A stretch of 64,000 nucleotides of DNA from Sphingobacterium sp. (GCA_040392845.1 JBEBVG010000002.1:1141-65140), one strand, 5' to 3'; positions 50,162 through 60,213 are shown, counted from the first letter of the stretch. Numbers and translations are program-made. The notes: a model not told the origin generated them from the sequence alone.

Positions 50162-51070
50162 ATGAAAGCTGGATTATACATTGTTGTTCTCTTTATATCT
50201 TTCGTTGTATTGGCTGCTTGTTCATCCGGTAAAAAGAAAGAAAAAAAAGACGATATACTATCCGGAGAGCTCTCTGTCAGTGTTGACGAAACAATATTAC
50301 CGCTCTTTATAGAGCAAAAGGAGGTCTTTGAAAGTTCATACTATAATGCGAAAGTTCATGCTTTGGCAAAGCCTGAAGTACAAGCTGTCAATGCCGTGCT
50401 AAAAGGCGAAGCACATATTGGTTTTTTTGCCAGGGAATTTTCAGAAGAGGAAAGAGATAATTTTAAGAGCCAATCTATTGAAGGACGGGTCTACCCGGTA
50501 GCATATGATGGTATCGTACTTGTAACAAATGTATCAGGAGCAGATACAAGCATGAATGTTAAAGATATCATTGCATTGTTGAAAGGGGAAAAGGTGAAGA
50601 ATGTCAAATTGGTGTTTGATAATTTAAATTCCAGCGTCTTGCGTTATTTTATAAATCTAGGAAAGATTGATAAAGTCGCAAGTACAAATGTAGAGACATT
50701 GAATGGTAGCGATGAAGTATTGGAGGAGATCGTAAAAACTGCTGGTAAAATTGGTTTTATAAGTTATAATCAATATTTATCTTTGAAAAGTTCTTTTACA
50801 GAAATGGAGAAAATTCGTATCTTAAGCGTGCTAAATGAGGCGGGAGGGAGACGTCGATATGTTTTACCTTCTCAAGCAAGTCTTTCGACAGATGAATATC
50901 CGTTAAAAAGAACAATATATATGTTAAACTATCAACCTAATATGGGGTTGGGGGTTGGATTTTCCGCATTTATGACAGGAGATCGTGGGCAGCGGATAGT
51001 ATTGAAATCAGGGTTGTTACCGGTGATAATGCCGGGAAGAGAGATTATAATTAGAGATAGAATAAATTAG
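50162..51070 (+). CDS. PstS-like (PBP_like_2) substrate-binding lipoprotein
   Basis: Lipobox LAAC; SVDET, AYDGIV, YPLKR.IY, GQRIVLKSGL. Confidence 0.8.
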   Translation: MKAGLYIVVLFISFVVLAACSSGKKKEKKDDILSGELSVSVDETILPLFIEQKEVFESSYYNAKVHALAKPEVQAVNAVLKGEAHIGFFAREFSEEERDNFKSQSIEGRVYPVAYDGIVLVTNVSGADTSMNVKDIIALLKGEKVKNVKLVFDNLNSSVLRYFINLGKIDKVASTNVETLNGSDEVLEEIVKTAGKIGFISYNQYLSLKSSFTEMEKIRILSVLNEAGGRRRYVLPSQASLSTDEYPLKRTIYMLNYQPNMGLGVGFSAFMTGDRGQRIVLKSGLLPVIMPGREIIIRDRIN

Positions 51071-51093
51071 TAATAAAATAAGAATATAATACG

Positions 51094-52881
51094 ATGATGA
51101 CAAAAAGTAAATTATTTTTGAGTCTTTTAATGGCCGGGGCAGTGGTGGGTTCTGCGACTGCGCAAAGGTTAAAAGATGCAAAAGCAGCAATTGAGGCGGA
51201 GCAATACGATAAGGCGAAGGAGATGCTGCAGACGTTGGTTGATAAGAAACCTAAGGATGGTGAGAATTACTTTTATTTAGGTCAAATATATCTGATCAAC
51301 GAAAAGGTTGATTCCGCAGCTTTAATATTCAATCAAGGAGTAACGAATGCACCAAAAGAGCAGTTAAATCAAATAGGTTTAGGGATAGTGGATCTGGAAA
51401 AAGGTAACGAAACTGCTGCTGAGCAAAAGTTTACAGCGGCTACGTCTTCCTTAGGTAAAAAAGATTATCTTCCTTTATATTATATTGGACGAGCTTACAT
51501 TGATGCTCCGAAACCGGATTATGCAAAGGCGATTGATTATCTGACTCAAGCAAAAGCAAAGAATCTCAAAGATCCGGAAATTTTGGTTGGATTAGGTGAT
51601 GCTTATAGTGGCATAAAGGGAGAAGCTAGTAACGCTTACGTGAATTACAGGGATGCGTTAAACTTAGATCCTAATTTGGTACGGGCACACGTAGGACAAG
51701 CTATTATCCAACGTAGGGCGCAAGCTTATGATGTGGCATTGGAGAATTTAGCTGAGAAAGCCAAGGAATATCCTAGCTTTGGACCGATCTATCGTGAATT
51801 AGCAGAGACTCAACTGGAACTGGCAAAGACTTTACCCGATAATACGGATGAAGAAAAGGCAAAATACGAATCGGAAATCAAAAAGGCAGTAGATTACTAT
51901 AAACAGTATCTACAGGTCACAGGAGATAAGTCTGTAGAAGCTAATGTACGTTATGCCGATTTCTTGGTTTGGGGACAGCAGTATGAAGAACTTAAAAACG
52001 TAGCCCTTCAATTGGCAAATGCACCCGGTGTAGATGCGAAGGTATACCGTTACCTGGGTTTGATTGCGGTTAACCAGGATGGTGATTTTGAAAAAGGAGC
52101 TGAATATTTTGGTAAGCTCTTCGCTGAAGCTGATACGAGCCGTTTAATTGATATAGATTATCTATTTGCTGGCTTTGCTAATATTCAGACTGGGAATGCT
52201 GCTAAAGGTGTTCCATATTTAGCTAAAGCACTGGAGAAAAATCCAGAGATCATGCCTGAAATTGGGTCTGCAGGGATGTTGGCATTCCAACAGGGTAACT
52301 ATGATGTAGCATCGGCTATATTAAGTGTACCTGCAAAGCAAAAAGGTACGGATTATTATTATGAGGCCAATTATGTTTTAGGAAATGCGAGCTTCCGTTC
52401 AGGAGTAGCCAAAAAAGAAGCGGCGACAGCAGCAGCACAGGGTGGTGATTCGACGAATGTGACAGCGGTTGATACGGCGTCTTATATGCCGGATTTCCGA
52501 AATGCGTTGAAAGCTTTCGATATCATTATTAAATCGAACGATCAAAAGGTATATGATGAGTATTTGGCTGGTGCGCTTTATTTGACAGGGTACGTTAATA
52601 TCTCATTAGATAATGTCAATCCTGAAACACCTGAATTGTGTAAGGGTCTATTTGTACCTGCTTTTACACAGTTGACAAAATTATTAAAGGATAAGCAACT
52701 TCAAGGACAGGAATTGACTGATGCAGAGCGTGGATATTTGGTTGATGCATACAATTATATCGGCTACTTCCATGTTACTAAGGAAGATTATGCAAGTGCA
52801 TTAGCATCGTTTGAAGAGACCGTAAAGGTCGCACCAAACGACGAGTTTGCTAAAGCGTATATTGAATATCTAAAGAGTTAA
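51094..52881 (+). CDS. Exported tetratricopeptide-repeat protein
   Basis: Signal peptide and multiple TPR-like helices (YFYLGQIY, LVGLGDAY, AYNYIGYF). Confidence 0.88.
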   Translation: MMTKSKLFLSLLMAGAVVGSATAQRLKDAKAAIEAEQYDKAKEMLQTLVDKKPKDGENYFYLGQIYLINEKVDSAALIFNQGVTNAPKEQLNQIGLGIVDLEKGNETAAEQKFTAATSSLGKKDYLPLYYIGRAYIDAPKPDYAKAIDYLTQAKAKNLKDPEILVGLGDAYSGIKGEASNAYVNYRDALNLDPNLVRAHVGQAIIQRRAQAYDVALENLAEKAKEYPSFGPIYRELAETQLELAKTLPDNTDEEKAKYESEIKKAVDYYKQYLQVTGDKSVEANVRYADFLVWGQQYEELKNVALQLANAPGVDAKVYRYLGLIAVNQDGDFEKGAEYFGKLFAEADTSRLIDIDYLFAGFANIQTGNAAKGVPYLAKALEKNPEIMPEIGSAGMLAFQQGNYDVASAILSVPAKQKGTDYYYEANYVLGNASFRSGVAKKEAATAAAQGGDSTNVTAVDTASYMPDFRNALKAFDIIIKSNDQKVYDEYLAGALYLTGYVNISLDNVNPETPELCKGLFVPAFTQLTKLLKDKQLQGQELTDAERGYLVDAYNYIGYFHVTKEDYASALASFEETVKVAPNDEFAKAYIEYLKS

Positions 52882-52902
52882 TTCAAATAGTTGATACTTA
52901 AT

Positions 52903-52944
52903 GATAAAAAAGGGAACTTCCTAAAGAGGTTCCCTTTTTTTATC
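52903..52944. terminator. Bidirectional Rho-independent terminator
   Basis: GATAAAAAAGGGAACTTC-ctaaa-GAGGTTCCCTTTTTTTATC between convergent genes. Confidence 0.8.
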
Positions 52945-52969
52945 GCCTGATGTGCTTTATCTAATGAAC

Positions 52970-53839
52970 TTAGCTTCTAGCTGCAATAAGCATGGACTCC
53001 AGTTCCATTAGGTTTTGAGCGATGATGTCGGGAACTGTGTCCGATATCCCGACGATGTCCATTGTTGTCTCACCAGAAAGGACGAGTACTCCGATTGCTC
53101 CAGCATTTTGGGCCATTTTGACATCTGTATATATTCGATCTCCAACCATTAAAACTTCAGAAGGTTGTAGCTTATAACGTTCTAAAATCCCATCCAGCAT
53201 ACTAGGGTTTGGTTTTCCTACGACAATGTCCGGAAGTCTGCCCGTAGCATGTTCAATACATGTGTAAATTGCACCACAATCTACCAAAATAGTTTTCTTG
53301 TCTGTTGGACAAACACGGTCCGGATTCGTTGCTACATACGGAAGTTTTTGAGCTACCCACCAAGAAGCTCTGCACAGGCGATCGTAGCTAAGGGTCATAT
53401 CGAAGCCGACTACAACTGCATCGGGCGTATCGTCCTCATCATCAGCAGTGGAGATAAAGCCAGCTTGCTCAAACTCTTTAATCATGCTAGGAGTACCTAA
53501 TAAGAAGAGTCTTTTTGCTTTAGGTATGTTCGTTTTTATATAGGATATTGTAGCCTGAGCGGATGTATACATCTCTTCCCTCACGGCATTTATACCCATT
53601 TTAGATAAATGGACTAAATAATCAGACGTACTTTTTGATGGATTGTTGGTAAGAAAGGAATATCCGATACCCATTTCTTTTAATTTAGCTAGAAAAGGAA
53701 TCGTAAAAGGGAACAATGTTGTACCATTATATATGGTACCATCCATATCTAGCGCGATATGTTTGATATTTTTTAAATGGTCGTATAACCTTTCCGTGGT
53801 GTTTAGTCTGCTGCTATCAATATATTTATATTCGTTCAT
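52970..53839 (-). CDS. HAD-IIA phosphatase (NagD/AraL-like)
   Basis: LDMDGT, LTNN, ATNPD, GKPN, MVGDRIYTDV, VLSG. Confidence 0.92.
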   Translation of the reverse strand: MNEYKYIDSSRLNTTERLYDHLKNIKHIALDMDGTIYNGTTLFPFTIPFLAKLKEMGIGYSFLTNNPSKSTSDYLVHLSKMGINAVREEMYTSAQATISYIKTNIPKAKRLFLLGTPSMIKEFEQAGFISTADDEDDTPDAVVVGFDMTLSYDRLCRASWWVAQKLPYVATNPDRVCPTDKKTILVDCGAIYTCIEHATGRLPDIVVGKPNPSMLDGILERYKLQPSEVLMVGDRIYTDVKMAQNAGAIGVLVLSGETTMDIVGISDTVPDIIAQNLMELESMLIAARS

Positions 53840-53853
53840 TCGATTTTCAGTAA

Positions 53854-55302
53854 TTATTCAGATTCATAACCGTGTGCTTTAGCTTTCCACATAAGGGCAA
53901 AGATGAATACGCAGAGTACAGCCATACCTATCATCATCATAAAGACGTAGTCCCAGGCTTTCCCAGGGCTGACCTTATTTATAGTATCCACCATAAAACC
54001 AATTCCAAAACCAGATACCAGACCACTAGCATAGCCAAATAAGCCAGTCAGGCCGTTGGCAGTGGCTGCAGCCCTGTTGGTCGCTTGATTCGCAGCGGCA
54101 ATACCAATAAGGGCTTGGGGACCGTAAATAAAAAAACCGGACATAGCCAAAGCCAGTATCATGCCCCAGGATGGGGTACTGTCTGGCAAGTATAAAAATA
54201 TAGTCATGAATATGGCAACACCTATCATGCAATATAAAGAGGTGCGATGTGCTTTTCCTTCAAGATACCTGTCGGTGACCCAGCCGGCGGCAAGCATGCC
54301 GATGATACCAAAAATTTCAAAAACAGCGACTGTCCATCCGGCATTAGTCAACGTCATACCGTGCGCTTCTTTTAAAAATGTCGGTCCCCAGTCCAATACA
54401 GCAAAACGAACGACATAGACGAAGAAATTGGCTATTCCAAGTATCCATATCCATTTATTGCGATAAACTGCTTTACGGACGAAAGCCTTAAATTCAGCAG
54501 AGGAATCCTTTCCCCTTTTATGTGTTTTATGTAATTCGGGCAAGCCCACTGATGATGGTGTGTCACGCAAGCCAAGGAACAACCCTATAGCCCCTGCCAG
54601 AGCGATGGCGGCCGGTATCCAAAAACACCACTTCCATGCCCCATAATGAGAGGCGGATTCGAGAACACTTTTCATTTTTTCGGTATCCGAAGGATCTACC
54701 TTCAAATTTGCCGCAATCGAGGCAATTACTTCGGGATTATCACTCATATTAGTACCCAGCGAGCCCATGATATAGCCAGCAAGAATGGCTACCAGTGCGG
54801 CCCCGATGGAGTGCGAGGTATTCCAAACCGACATTTTTGTCGCCAATTCATTTTGGGGTATCCAGTGAGTTAACAGCCGGGCAACGGGGGGAAAACCACT
54901 TCCTTGGAGAAGATTATTTAAAATCAGGATCACTCCGAATATCAGCACCATGGTATTTGTGAACATCGGGCCGCCCGTTTGTCCAGTAAAGACAACACTA
55001 AGATCGGCTCCCCAGCCGAAAGCGAAATTAGCTAGTGCGCATAAGAATAATCCGATGGACATGTGGTAACGGGCATTCATCCTGTCAGCTATCAGACCAT
55101 TGAGAAAACGTGACACACCGTAAACGATGGTAACCAATGTCATGATAATCCCAAAACTTGTTTTTGTAATCCCATATTCAGCTGTTAAGCCAGGAATGGC
55201 AAAGGAAAAGTTTTTACGTACAAAATAGAAAACCGCATAACCTATCATTGTCGTGATAATCGTACGTGTCTGCCAATACTTGAATACTTTTTCTTCTTTC
55301 AT
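53854..55302 (-). CDS. Organophosphate:Pi antiporter-family MFS (GlpT/UhpC-like)
   Basis: GYAVFYFVRKNF, QGSGFPP, WNTSHSIG, RDTPSSVGLP, YVVR, GWVTDR, YGPQ. Confidence 0.9.
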   Translation of the reverse strand: MKEEKVFKYWQTRTIITTMIGYAVFYFVRKNFSFAIPGLTAEYGITKTSFGIIMTLVTIVYGVSRFLNGLIADRMNARYHMSIGLFLCALANFAFGWGADLSVVFTGQTGGPMFTNTMVLIFGVILILNNLLQGSGFPPVARLLTHWIPQNELATKMSVWNTSHSIGAALVAILAGYIMGSLGTNMSDNPEVIASIAANLKVDPSDTEKMKSVLESASHYGAWKWCFWIPAAIALAGAIGLFLGLRDTPSSVGLPELHKTHKRGKDSSAEFKAFVRKAVYRNKWIWILGIANFFVYVVRFAVLDWGPTFLKEAHGMTLTNAGWTVAVFEIFGIIGMLAAGWVTDRYLEGKAHRTSLYCMIGVAIFMTIFLYLPDSTPSWGMILALAMSGFFIYGPQALIGIAAANQATNRAAATANGLTGLFGYASGLVSGFGIGFMVDTINKVSPGKAWDYVFMMMIGMAVLCVFIFALMWKAKAHGYESE

Positions 55303-55345
55303 GTTTTTTGATTTAGGTCGCTGTTTTTCATTTTTGTATAGCAGG

Positions 55346-56692
55346 CTAATTTAAAGATTTTTCCCAAATTCCACCACTGCCAAAGAGTTTATCTAAAAAC
55401 AAATCTGTTGTATTGGTACGAACTAGTAAATCCAATATAGTAAAGCGGCGTCGAATGTATTGCGCCCTTTGGAATGTCTTTTTGAGATATATTCGCGAGA
55501 CACCGATCTGTTCCGGTCGATAAGGAGCCCCTACCATCCTCAAGCGGTTTTTGGCTTCTTCAAAAGGAACTAACTGTTTATGGAGCCGTTCTCTGATTTG
55601 TGGCCAATTGTCTTTTAATATTTGTAGTTGTTTTGCAAGATCTTCTTTTCCAATATATTTTGCTTTTGTTTCCTGTACCCCGATTTCGGGGAAATCAGTG
55701 TCCTTAAATAAAGATCGGGCATCCTCTTCGAGTTCTTCTGCTGACGGCCAGGCTGCGCAACATTTTTCAATGTTCAGTTGGTCAAAAGGATATTTTAAAA
55801 CCTCTTCATATAATGCCGTGATTGCCAGTGTACCGATAGCCACCTGGAAGCCATGGGAGATAGATTTACCATCGTTGGTATGGTGTTCCATATTCCACAA
55901 GTGACTGAATTGATGTTCAGCACCTGAGGCGGGTCGGGAAGATTTAGACCATTGCATAGCAAACCCTCCAAGCATCAGTCCGCTGGTCAGTTCAAAGATT
56001 GCCTTTTCATCGCCTTTATATACACCAGTCGGATCGGATAAGGCATTATGTAGCCCATCTTGGACAATAGACCAAGCCTGAGGGTCGATCGGTTCTACTT
56101 GTAGACTGTCGGCTAGTATCCAATCCGCTCCTGCTGTTATTTTGGCAAATAGATCGGCATAACCTGAAGCAGTCATCTCACGCGGAGCTTTTCGAATAAT
56201 TGCGATGTCTGCTACACACACTGCTGGTGCGGGGCAATTAAAGGTTTGTTTAGCACCACCTGCTGTAATTGACGCACCAAATGCAGTATACCCGTCCATA
56301 GAAGCTGCAGTTGCGATGCACATATAGGATCTCTTTTTTTGATGTGCGGCTAACTTGGTGAGGTCATTAATCGTACCCGAACCTACTGCTAACGGAATGG
56401 CTTGATGCGTAGCTAGCGATGCAGACAGTTGATCGACATAACTGTATTCGGCATATAGTTCGGAATCATGGAATATGAATGGTGCCTCCTGCACGATTCC
56501 GCTTTTTTCCAACAGTTCGGAAATTTTTTTTCCTGCGAGAGTATAAGTCGTATTATCCGCTACGATTACAGCCCTTTTATCACCATAATATTTTTTGAAT
56601 AGTTCGGGTATCTTTTCAAGGACATTGCTACCCATTAATAGGTCTTTTGTTTCACTCGCTGCCTGTAGAGCAGCTTCTACGTTTGTCGACAT
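55346..56692 (-). CDS. sn-glycerol-1-phosphate dehydrogenase (AraM/EgsA family)
   Basis: AVGSGTINDLTK, TAASMDGY, SGYADLFAK, SRPASGAEHQFSH, HGFQV metal/NAD motifs. Likely start is ATG 56692. Confidence 0.88.
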   Translation of the reverse strand: MSTNVEAALQAASETKDLLMGSNVLEKIPELFKKYYGDKRAVIVADNTTYTLAGKKISELLEKSGIVQEAPFIFHDSELYAEYSYVDQLSASLATHQAIPLAVGSGTINDLTKLAAHQKKRSYMCIATAASMDGYTAFGASITAGGAKQTFNCPAPAVCVADIAIIRKAPREMTASGYADLFAKITAGADWILADSLQVEPIDPQAWSIVQDGLHNALSDPTGVYKGDEKAIFELTSGLMLGGFAMQWSKSSRPASGAEHQFSHLWNMEHHTNDGKSISHGFQVAIGTLAITALYEEVLKYPFDQLNIEKCCAAWPSAEELEEDARSLFKDTDFPEIGVQETKAKYIGKEDLAKQLQILKDNWPQIRERLHKQLVPFEEAKNRLRMVGAPYRPEQIGVSRIYLKKTFQRAQYIRRRFTILDLLVRTNTTDLFLDKLFGSGGIWEKSLN

Positions 56693-56697
56693 GGTAT

Positions 56698-57630
56698 TTA
56701 AAAATTTTTGCCGTTTAGTACATTCCAAACTTCTATAGGAAGATCCGATTCGATAATGTCGGGTCTTTTATTAATTTCTTCCAGATAACGCAGGTCCCGC
56801 TCTTCTGGATTTGTGATCTTATCGTGTGAAGGAGCTACAGAAATCATACATTTTACACCGTTTGCCCGCAGTTTTTCAACAATAGTTGTATTCTTTTCGT
56901 CGATAGTCCATCCCACATAGGCAATCGTGTTTTTCCAAGGCACGCCGGAGATTTCCATGTCGGCATATTCTTTTTCGTTTCTTGCGAAAGCGGACAGCAT
57001 AATATCTGGAAAACGGTCGTAATAATATCGGGCCTGGGCTCCCGTGTGGACGGTCAACATTACATGTTTTTGGGCCTTGTGTTTGCTAATCAGCTCGGCG
57101 ATCATATGAAGAGGCACATCTTTTTTATCTAGATTGATTACGGTTTTACCCCTACTCCATATGATGATATCTTCTAATTTAGGAATTTTATAAGGAGTGA
57201 TATTTCCCTTTGCATCTTTTAAACGGACTGATTTTAACTCTTCCCAGGTATAGTCTGAAAGTTTTCCGGTAGCTGTTGTAGTCCTATCTAATGTAGCGTC
57301 GTGCATCAATACGATAACGCTATCTTTCGTTAGGCGAGGATCGATTTCAAAAAATGCCGGCATTACCTCCAATACGCCTTGGAGACCCTCCAAGCTATTC
57401 TCCGGGAAATCTATCCCTCCTCGATGTCCACTTATAGTAATGCTCCCCTCATTTTTATACTTGAAAAAATTCTGTAGTTCTTCCACATTATGAAAATCGA
57501 GATAGTTGAATTTCTTTTCAGGCTTTTTTGACTGGGCATCGACTATGCTTGGGGGAAATAAAAAAGTCGTAGCCAATAACAAGTATGCGGCTTTAAGTCT
57601 GCTATTCAATAATTTTTTTAGTATTATCAT
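56698..57630 (-). CDS. Exported glycerophosphodiester phosphodiesterase (GDPD)
   Basis: Signal peptide; SGHRGG..PENS, EIDPRLTKD...LMHD.TLDRTT, IESD.P. Confidence 0.92.
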   Translation of the reverse strand: MIILKKLLNSRLKAAYLLLATTFLFPPSIVDAQSKKPEKKFNYLDFHNVEELQNFFKYKNEGSITISGHRGGIDFPENSLEGLQGVLEVMPAFFEIDPRLTKDSVIVLMHDATLDRTTTATGKLSDYTWEELKSVRLKDAKGNITPYKIPKLEDIIIWSRGKTVINLDKKDVPLHMIAELISKHKAQKHVMLTVHTGAQARYYYDRFPDIMLSAFARNEKEYADMEISGVPWKNTIAYVGWTIDEKNTTIVEKLRANGVKCMISVAPSHDKITNPEERDLRYLEEINKRPDIIESDLPIEVWNVLNGKNF

Positions 57631-57688
57631 ACATTTCGGTTTATTTCCTTTTTATAAAAAATGTTTACAAAACACAAATTTAGAAAAC

Positions 57689-57715
57689 AAAACGAAAAAT
57701 AAAAAGAAAACGAAA
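57689..57715. promoter_or_regulatory. Candidate DeoR/AgaR-type operator (direct repeats)
   Basis: AAAACGAAA at 57689 and 57707 (TTTCGTTTT on the minus strand), just upstream of the GDPD -7 element (57675-57682) in the divergent region. Confidence 0.45.
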
Positions 57716-57798
57716 CTTATTTGTTTCATAGTGTTACTAGGTATTGTTTTGATTTCATGAATTATTTTCTTTATTTTACGTAGAAAGGATAGCGTATC

Positions 57799-58569
57799 AT
57801 GGTTTTAAGTATAGCCGAAAGACACAAGTATATATTGAGTGTTCTTCAGAAAGAGGGATTTGTAAAGGTAGTGGATATAGCTAAAAAATTGGACGTCACG
57901 ACAGTTACTGTTCGTAAAGATTTTAAAGCTTTAGAAAAAAAAGGCCTTCTTTATCGTACGCATGGAAGTGCCAGCCCCATTAATCCTCATATTGCTGACA
58001 AAAATGTAAAAGAGAAAGAAAAGATAAGAATAAAGGAGAAACAGCTAATCGGTATTTTCGCATCCCGGTTAATAGAGGTGGATGACTCGATTATTATCAA
58101 TTCGGGCTCTACAATATGTGCTTTTGCCGAACAGATTGAGCCAAGAGGTCAGTTGACGGTGGTGACCTCATCCATTAAGGCTACGTCTATATTGGGCGAA
58201 GTGGAAGGTGTGCAGGTGTCGCAACTTGGAGGTAGGCTTCGTCGCAGTTCTATGTCCGTTATCGGAAGCTATACCTTAAGCTTTTTGGAAAATATTACTT
58301 GTTCCAAGGTGTTTTTAGGTGTAGACGGTATAGATCCTGATTTTGGCGTAACGACTTCCAATATTGAGGAGGCCGAACTCAATAGAGCAATGATGGATGT
58401 CGCACTCAAGACTATTGTACTCTGTGACTCTTCGAAATTTGGAAGAAAAGGTTTTGGCAAAATATGCAGTGTGGATAAGATTGATATCGTCGTGACGGAT
58501 GATGGGATCTCTTCATCGATGCGGCAATTACTTGAGGACTATGGTGTCGAAGTGATTGTTGCCGGGTAA
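57799..58569 (+). CDS. DeoR/GlpR/AgaR-family transcriptional regulator
   Basis: ERHKYIL, VTTVTVRKDF..LE, RTHGSA, SGST, FLGVDG, DSSKFG. Confidence 0.93.
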   Translation: MVLSIAERHKYILSVLQKEGFVKVVDIAKKLDVTTVTVRKDFKALEKKGLLYRTHGSASPINPHIADKNVKEKEKIRIKEKQLIGIFASRLIEVDDSIIINSGSTICAFAEQIEPRGQLTVVTSSIKATSILGEVEGVQVSQLGGRLRRSSMSVIGSYTLSFLENITCSKVFLGVDGIDPDFGVTTSNIEEAELNRAMMDVALKTIVLCDSSKFGRKGFGKICSVDKIDIVVTDDGISSSMRQLLEDYGVEVIVAG

Positions 58570-58647
58570 AGCGATTCGACTCTAATTGAAGAAGATATCT
58601 TTATATTCGACAGAAAAATAACGAATTATCATAACTGATTAAAAACA

Positions 58648-60213
58648 ATGAAAAACAAATTATGTGGACTCAAGTATGCACTCTATATTGGAATAGGGTT
58701 GGGAATAGCATCTTTTGCCAGCTGTAATTCGGCAAAGAAAGCCGGTAGTAAAGCAAATTTGCCGAATATTATAATCATAAATATGGACGATCTGGGCTAT
58801 GGAGATATAGGAGCTTACGGAGCCAAGGGTATTTCCACACCGAATATGGACAGGCTTGCCAATGAGGGTATCCGCTTTACCAATGGCTATGCCACTTCCT
58901 CGACTTGTACACCGAGCCGTTTCGGAATGCTGACGGGCGTATATCCCTGGCACAACAGCGATGCAAAGATACTGCCGGGTACGGCTCCCTTGCTGATCGA
59001 CACGGCCCAGCAGACCCTGCCCAAGATGCTGCGGCAGGCTGGATACCGGACCGGTGTTGTGGGGAAATGGCACCTGGGTCTGGGTAGCGGCCATGTGGAC
59101 TGGAACGGTCACATCAGCCCAGGGCCGAATGAAGTGGGCTTCGACGAATCCTTTATTATGGCGGCTACACAGGATCGTGTACCTACCGTGTATATAGAGG
59201 ACGGACGTGTAGCCGGCTTAGATGCTGACGACCCTATCGAAGTAAGCTACGAAAAGAATTTCGAAGGAGAGCCTACAGGCTTGGAAAACACCGAATTGTT
59301 GAAGATGAAGTGGCACCACGGGCACAACCAGAGCGTCGTGAACGGTATTCCGCGTATCGGATATATGAAAGGCGGTGAAAAGGCGAAATGGGTAGATGAG
59401 GATATGGCCGATATGTTTCTATCCAAGGCACAATCTTTTGTAAGGAAACATAAATCGGGACCTTTTTTCCTTTACTATGCCATGCAGCAGCCGCATGTGC
59501 CCCGCACGCCACACCCACGTTTTGTCGGATCTACGGCTATGGGTCCGAGAGGGGATGTTATTGTGGAGGCCGACCACAGCGTGGGAGCCTTCTTAAAGAC
59601 GCTGGAAGAAGAAGGTCTGCTGGAGAACACGCTGATTATCTTTACGAGTGACAACGGCCCGGTGCTGAATGACGGCTATTATGACGATGCGGTGGAGAAA
59701 GCAGGATCACATCGTCCTAACGGGGCACTACGTGGCGGGAAATACAGTCTTTATGAGGCAGGTCCTCGTGTACCGTTCATGGTGTATTGGAAAGGGACGA
59801 CCAAACCTCAAGTGTCGGATGCCATAGTATGCCAACTTGATTTTCTGGCGTCATTTGCAGAGCTGGCGGGTCAGACGATCCAGGGTACCGATAGCCGGAA
59901 CTATCTGGACGCGCTGCTGGGCAGATCAAAACGGGGCCGTGACGCTCTGGTGTTGGAGGCCAGTTCCAAGACGTTTCTTCGGCAGGGAGACTGGATGATG
60001 ATACCTCCGTACCGGGGAGCAGTGTTGAACAAGCAGGTGAACATTGAGCTTGGAAATTCAGATACATATCAGCTGTACAATGTCAAAGAAGACGTTGGTC
60101 AACAGAACAACCTGGCGGAGCAGGAGCCGAATAAGCTAAAGGAAATGAAGAAGTTGTATGGAGAGTTGAGGGGACCTGCCAATACAGCCATTCAGGAATT
60201 GGAATTACATTGA
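58648..60213 (+). CDS. S1 sulfatase (Cys-type) lipoprotein
   Basis: Lipobox FASC; DDLGYGD, CTPSRFGMLTG, GKWHLG, FTSDNG, GGKYS.YEAG.RVP. Confidence 0.92.
   Translation: MKNKLCGLKYALYIGIGLGIASFASCNSAKKAGSKANLPNIIIINMDDLGYGDIGAYGAKGISTPNMDRLANEGIRFTNGYATSSTCTPSRFGMLTGVYPWHNSDAKILPGTAPLLIDTAQQTLPKMLRQAGYRTGVVGKWHLGLGSGHVDWNGHISPGPNEVGFDESFIMAATQDRVPTVYIEDGRVAGLDADDPIEVSYEKNFEGEPTGLENTELLKMKWHHGHNQSVVNGIPRIGYMKGGEKAKWVDEDMADMFLSKAQSFVRKHKSGPFFLYYAMQQPHVPRTPHPRFVGSTAMGPRGDVIVEADHSVGAFLKTLEEEGLLENTLIIFTSDNGPVLNDGYYDDAVEKAGSHRPNGALRGGKYSLYEAGPRVPFMVYWKGTTKPQVSDAIVCQLDFLASFAELAGQTIQGTDSRNYLDALLGRSKRGRDALVLEASSKTFLRQGDWMMIPPYRGAVLNKQVNIELGNSDTYQLYNVKEDVGQQNNLAEQEPNKLKEMKKLYGELRGPANTAIQELELH

Noticed and set aside
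55346-56692. Archaeal-type ether lipid biosynthesis
   Set aside because: No GGGP or DGGGP synthase in the window, and the context (phosphodiesterase, importer, repressor) is catabolic. It cannot be excluded genome-wide.
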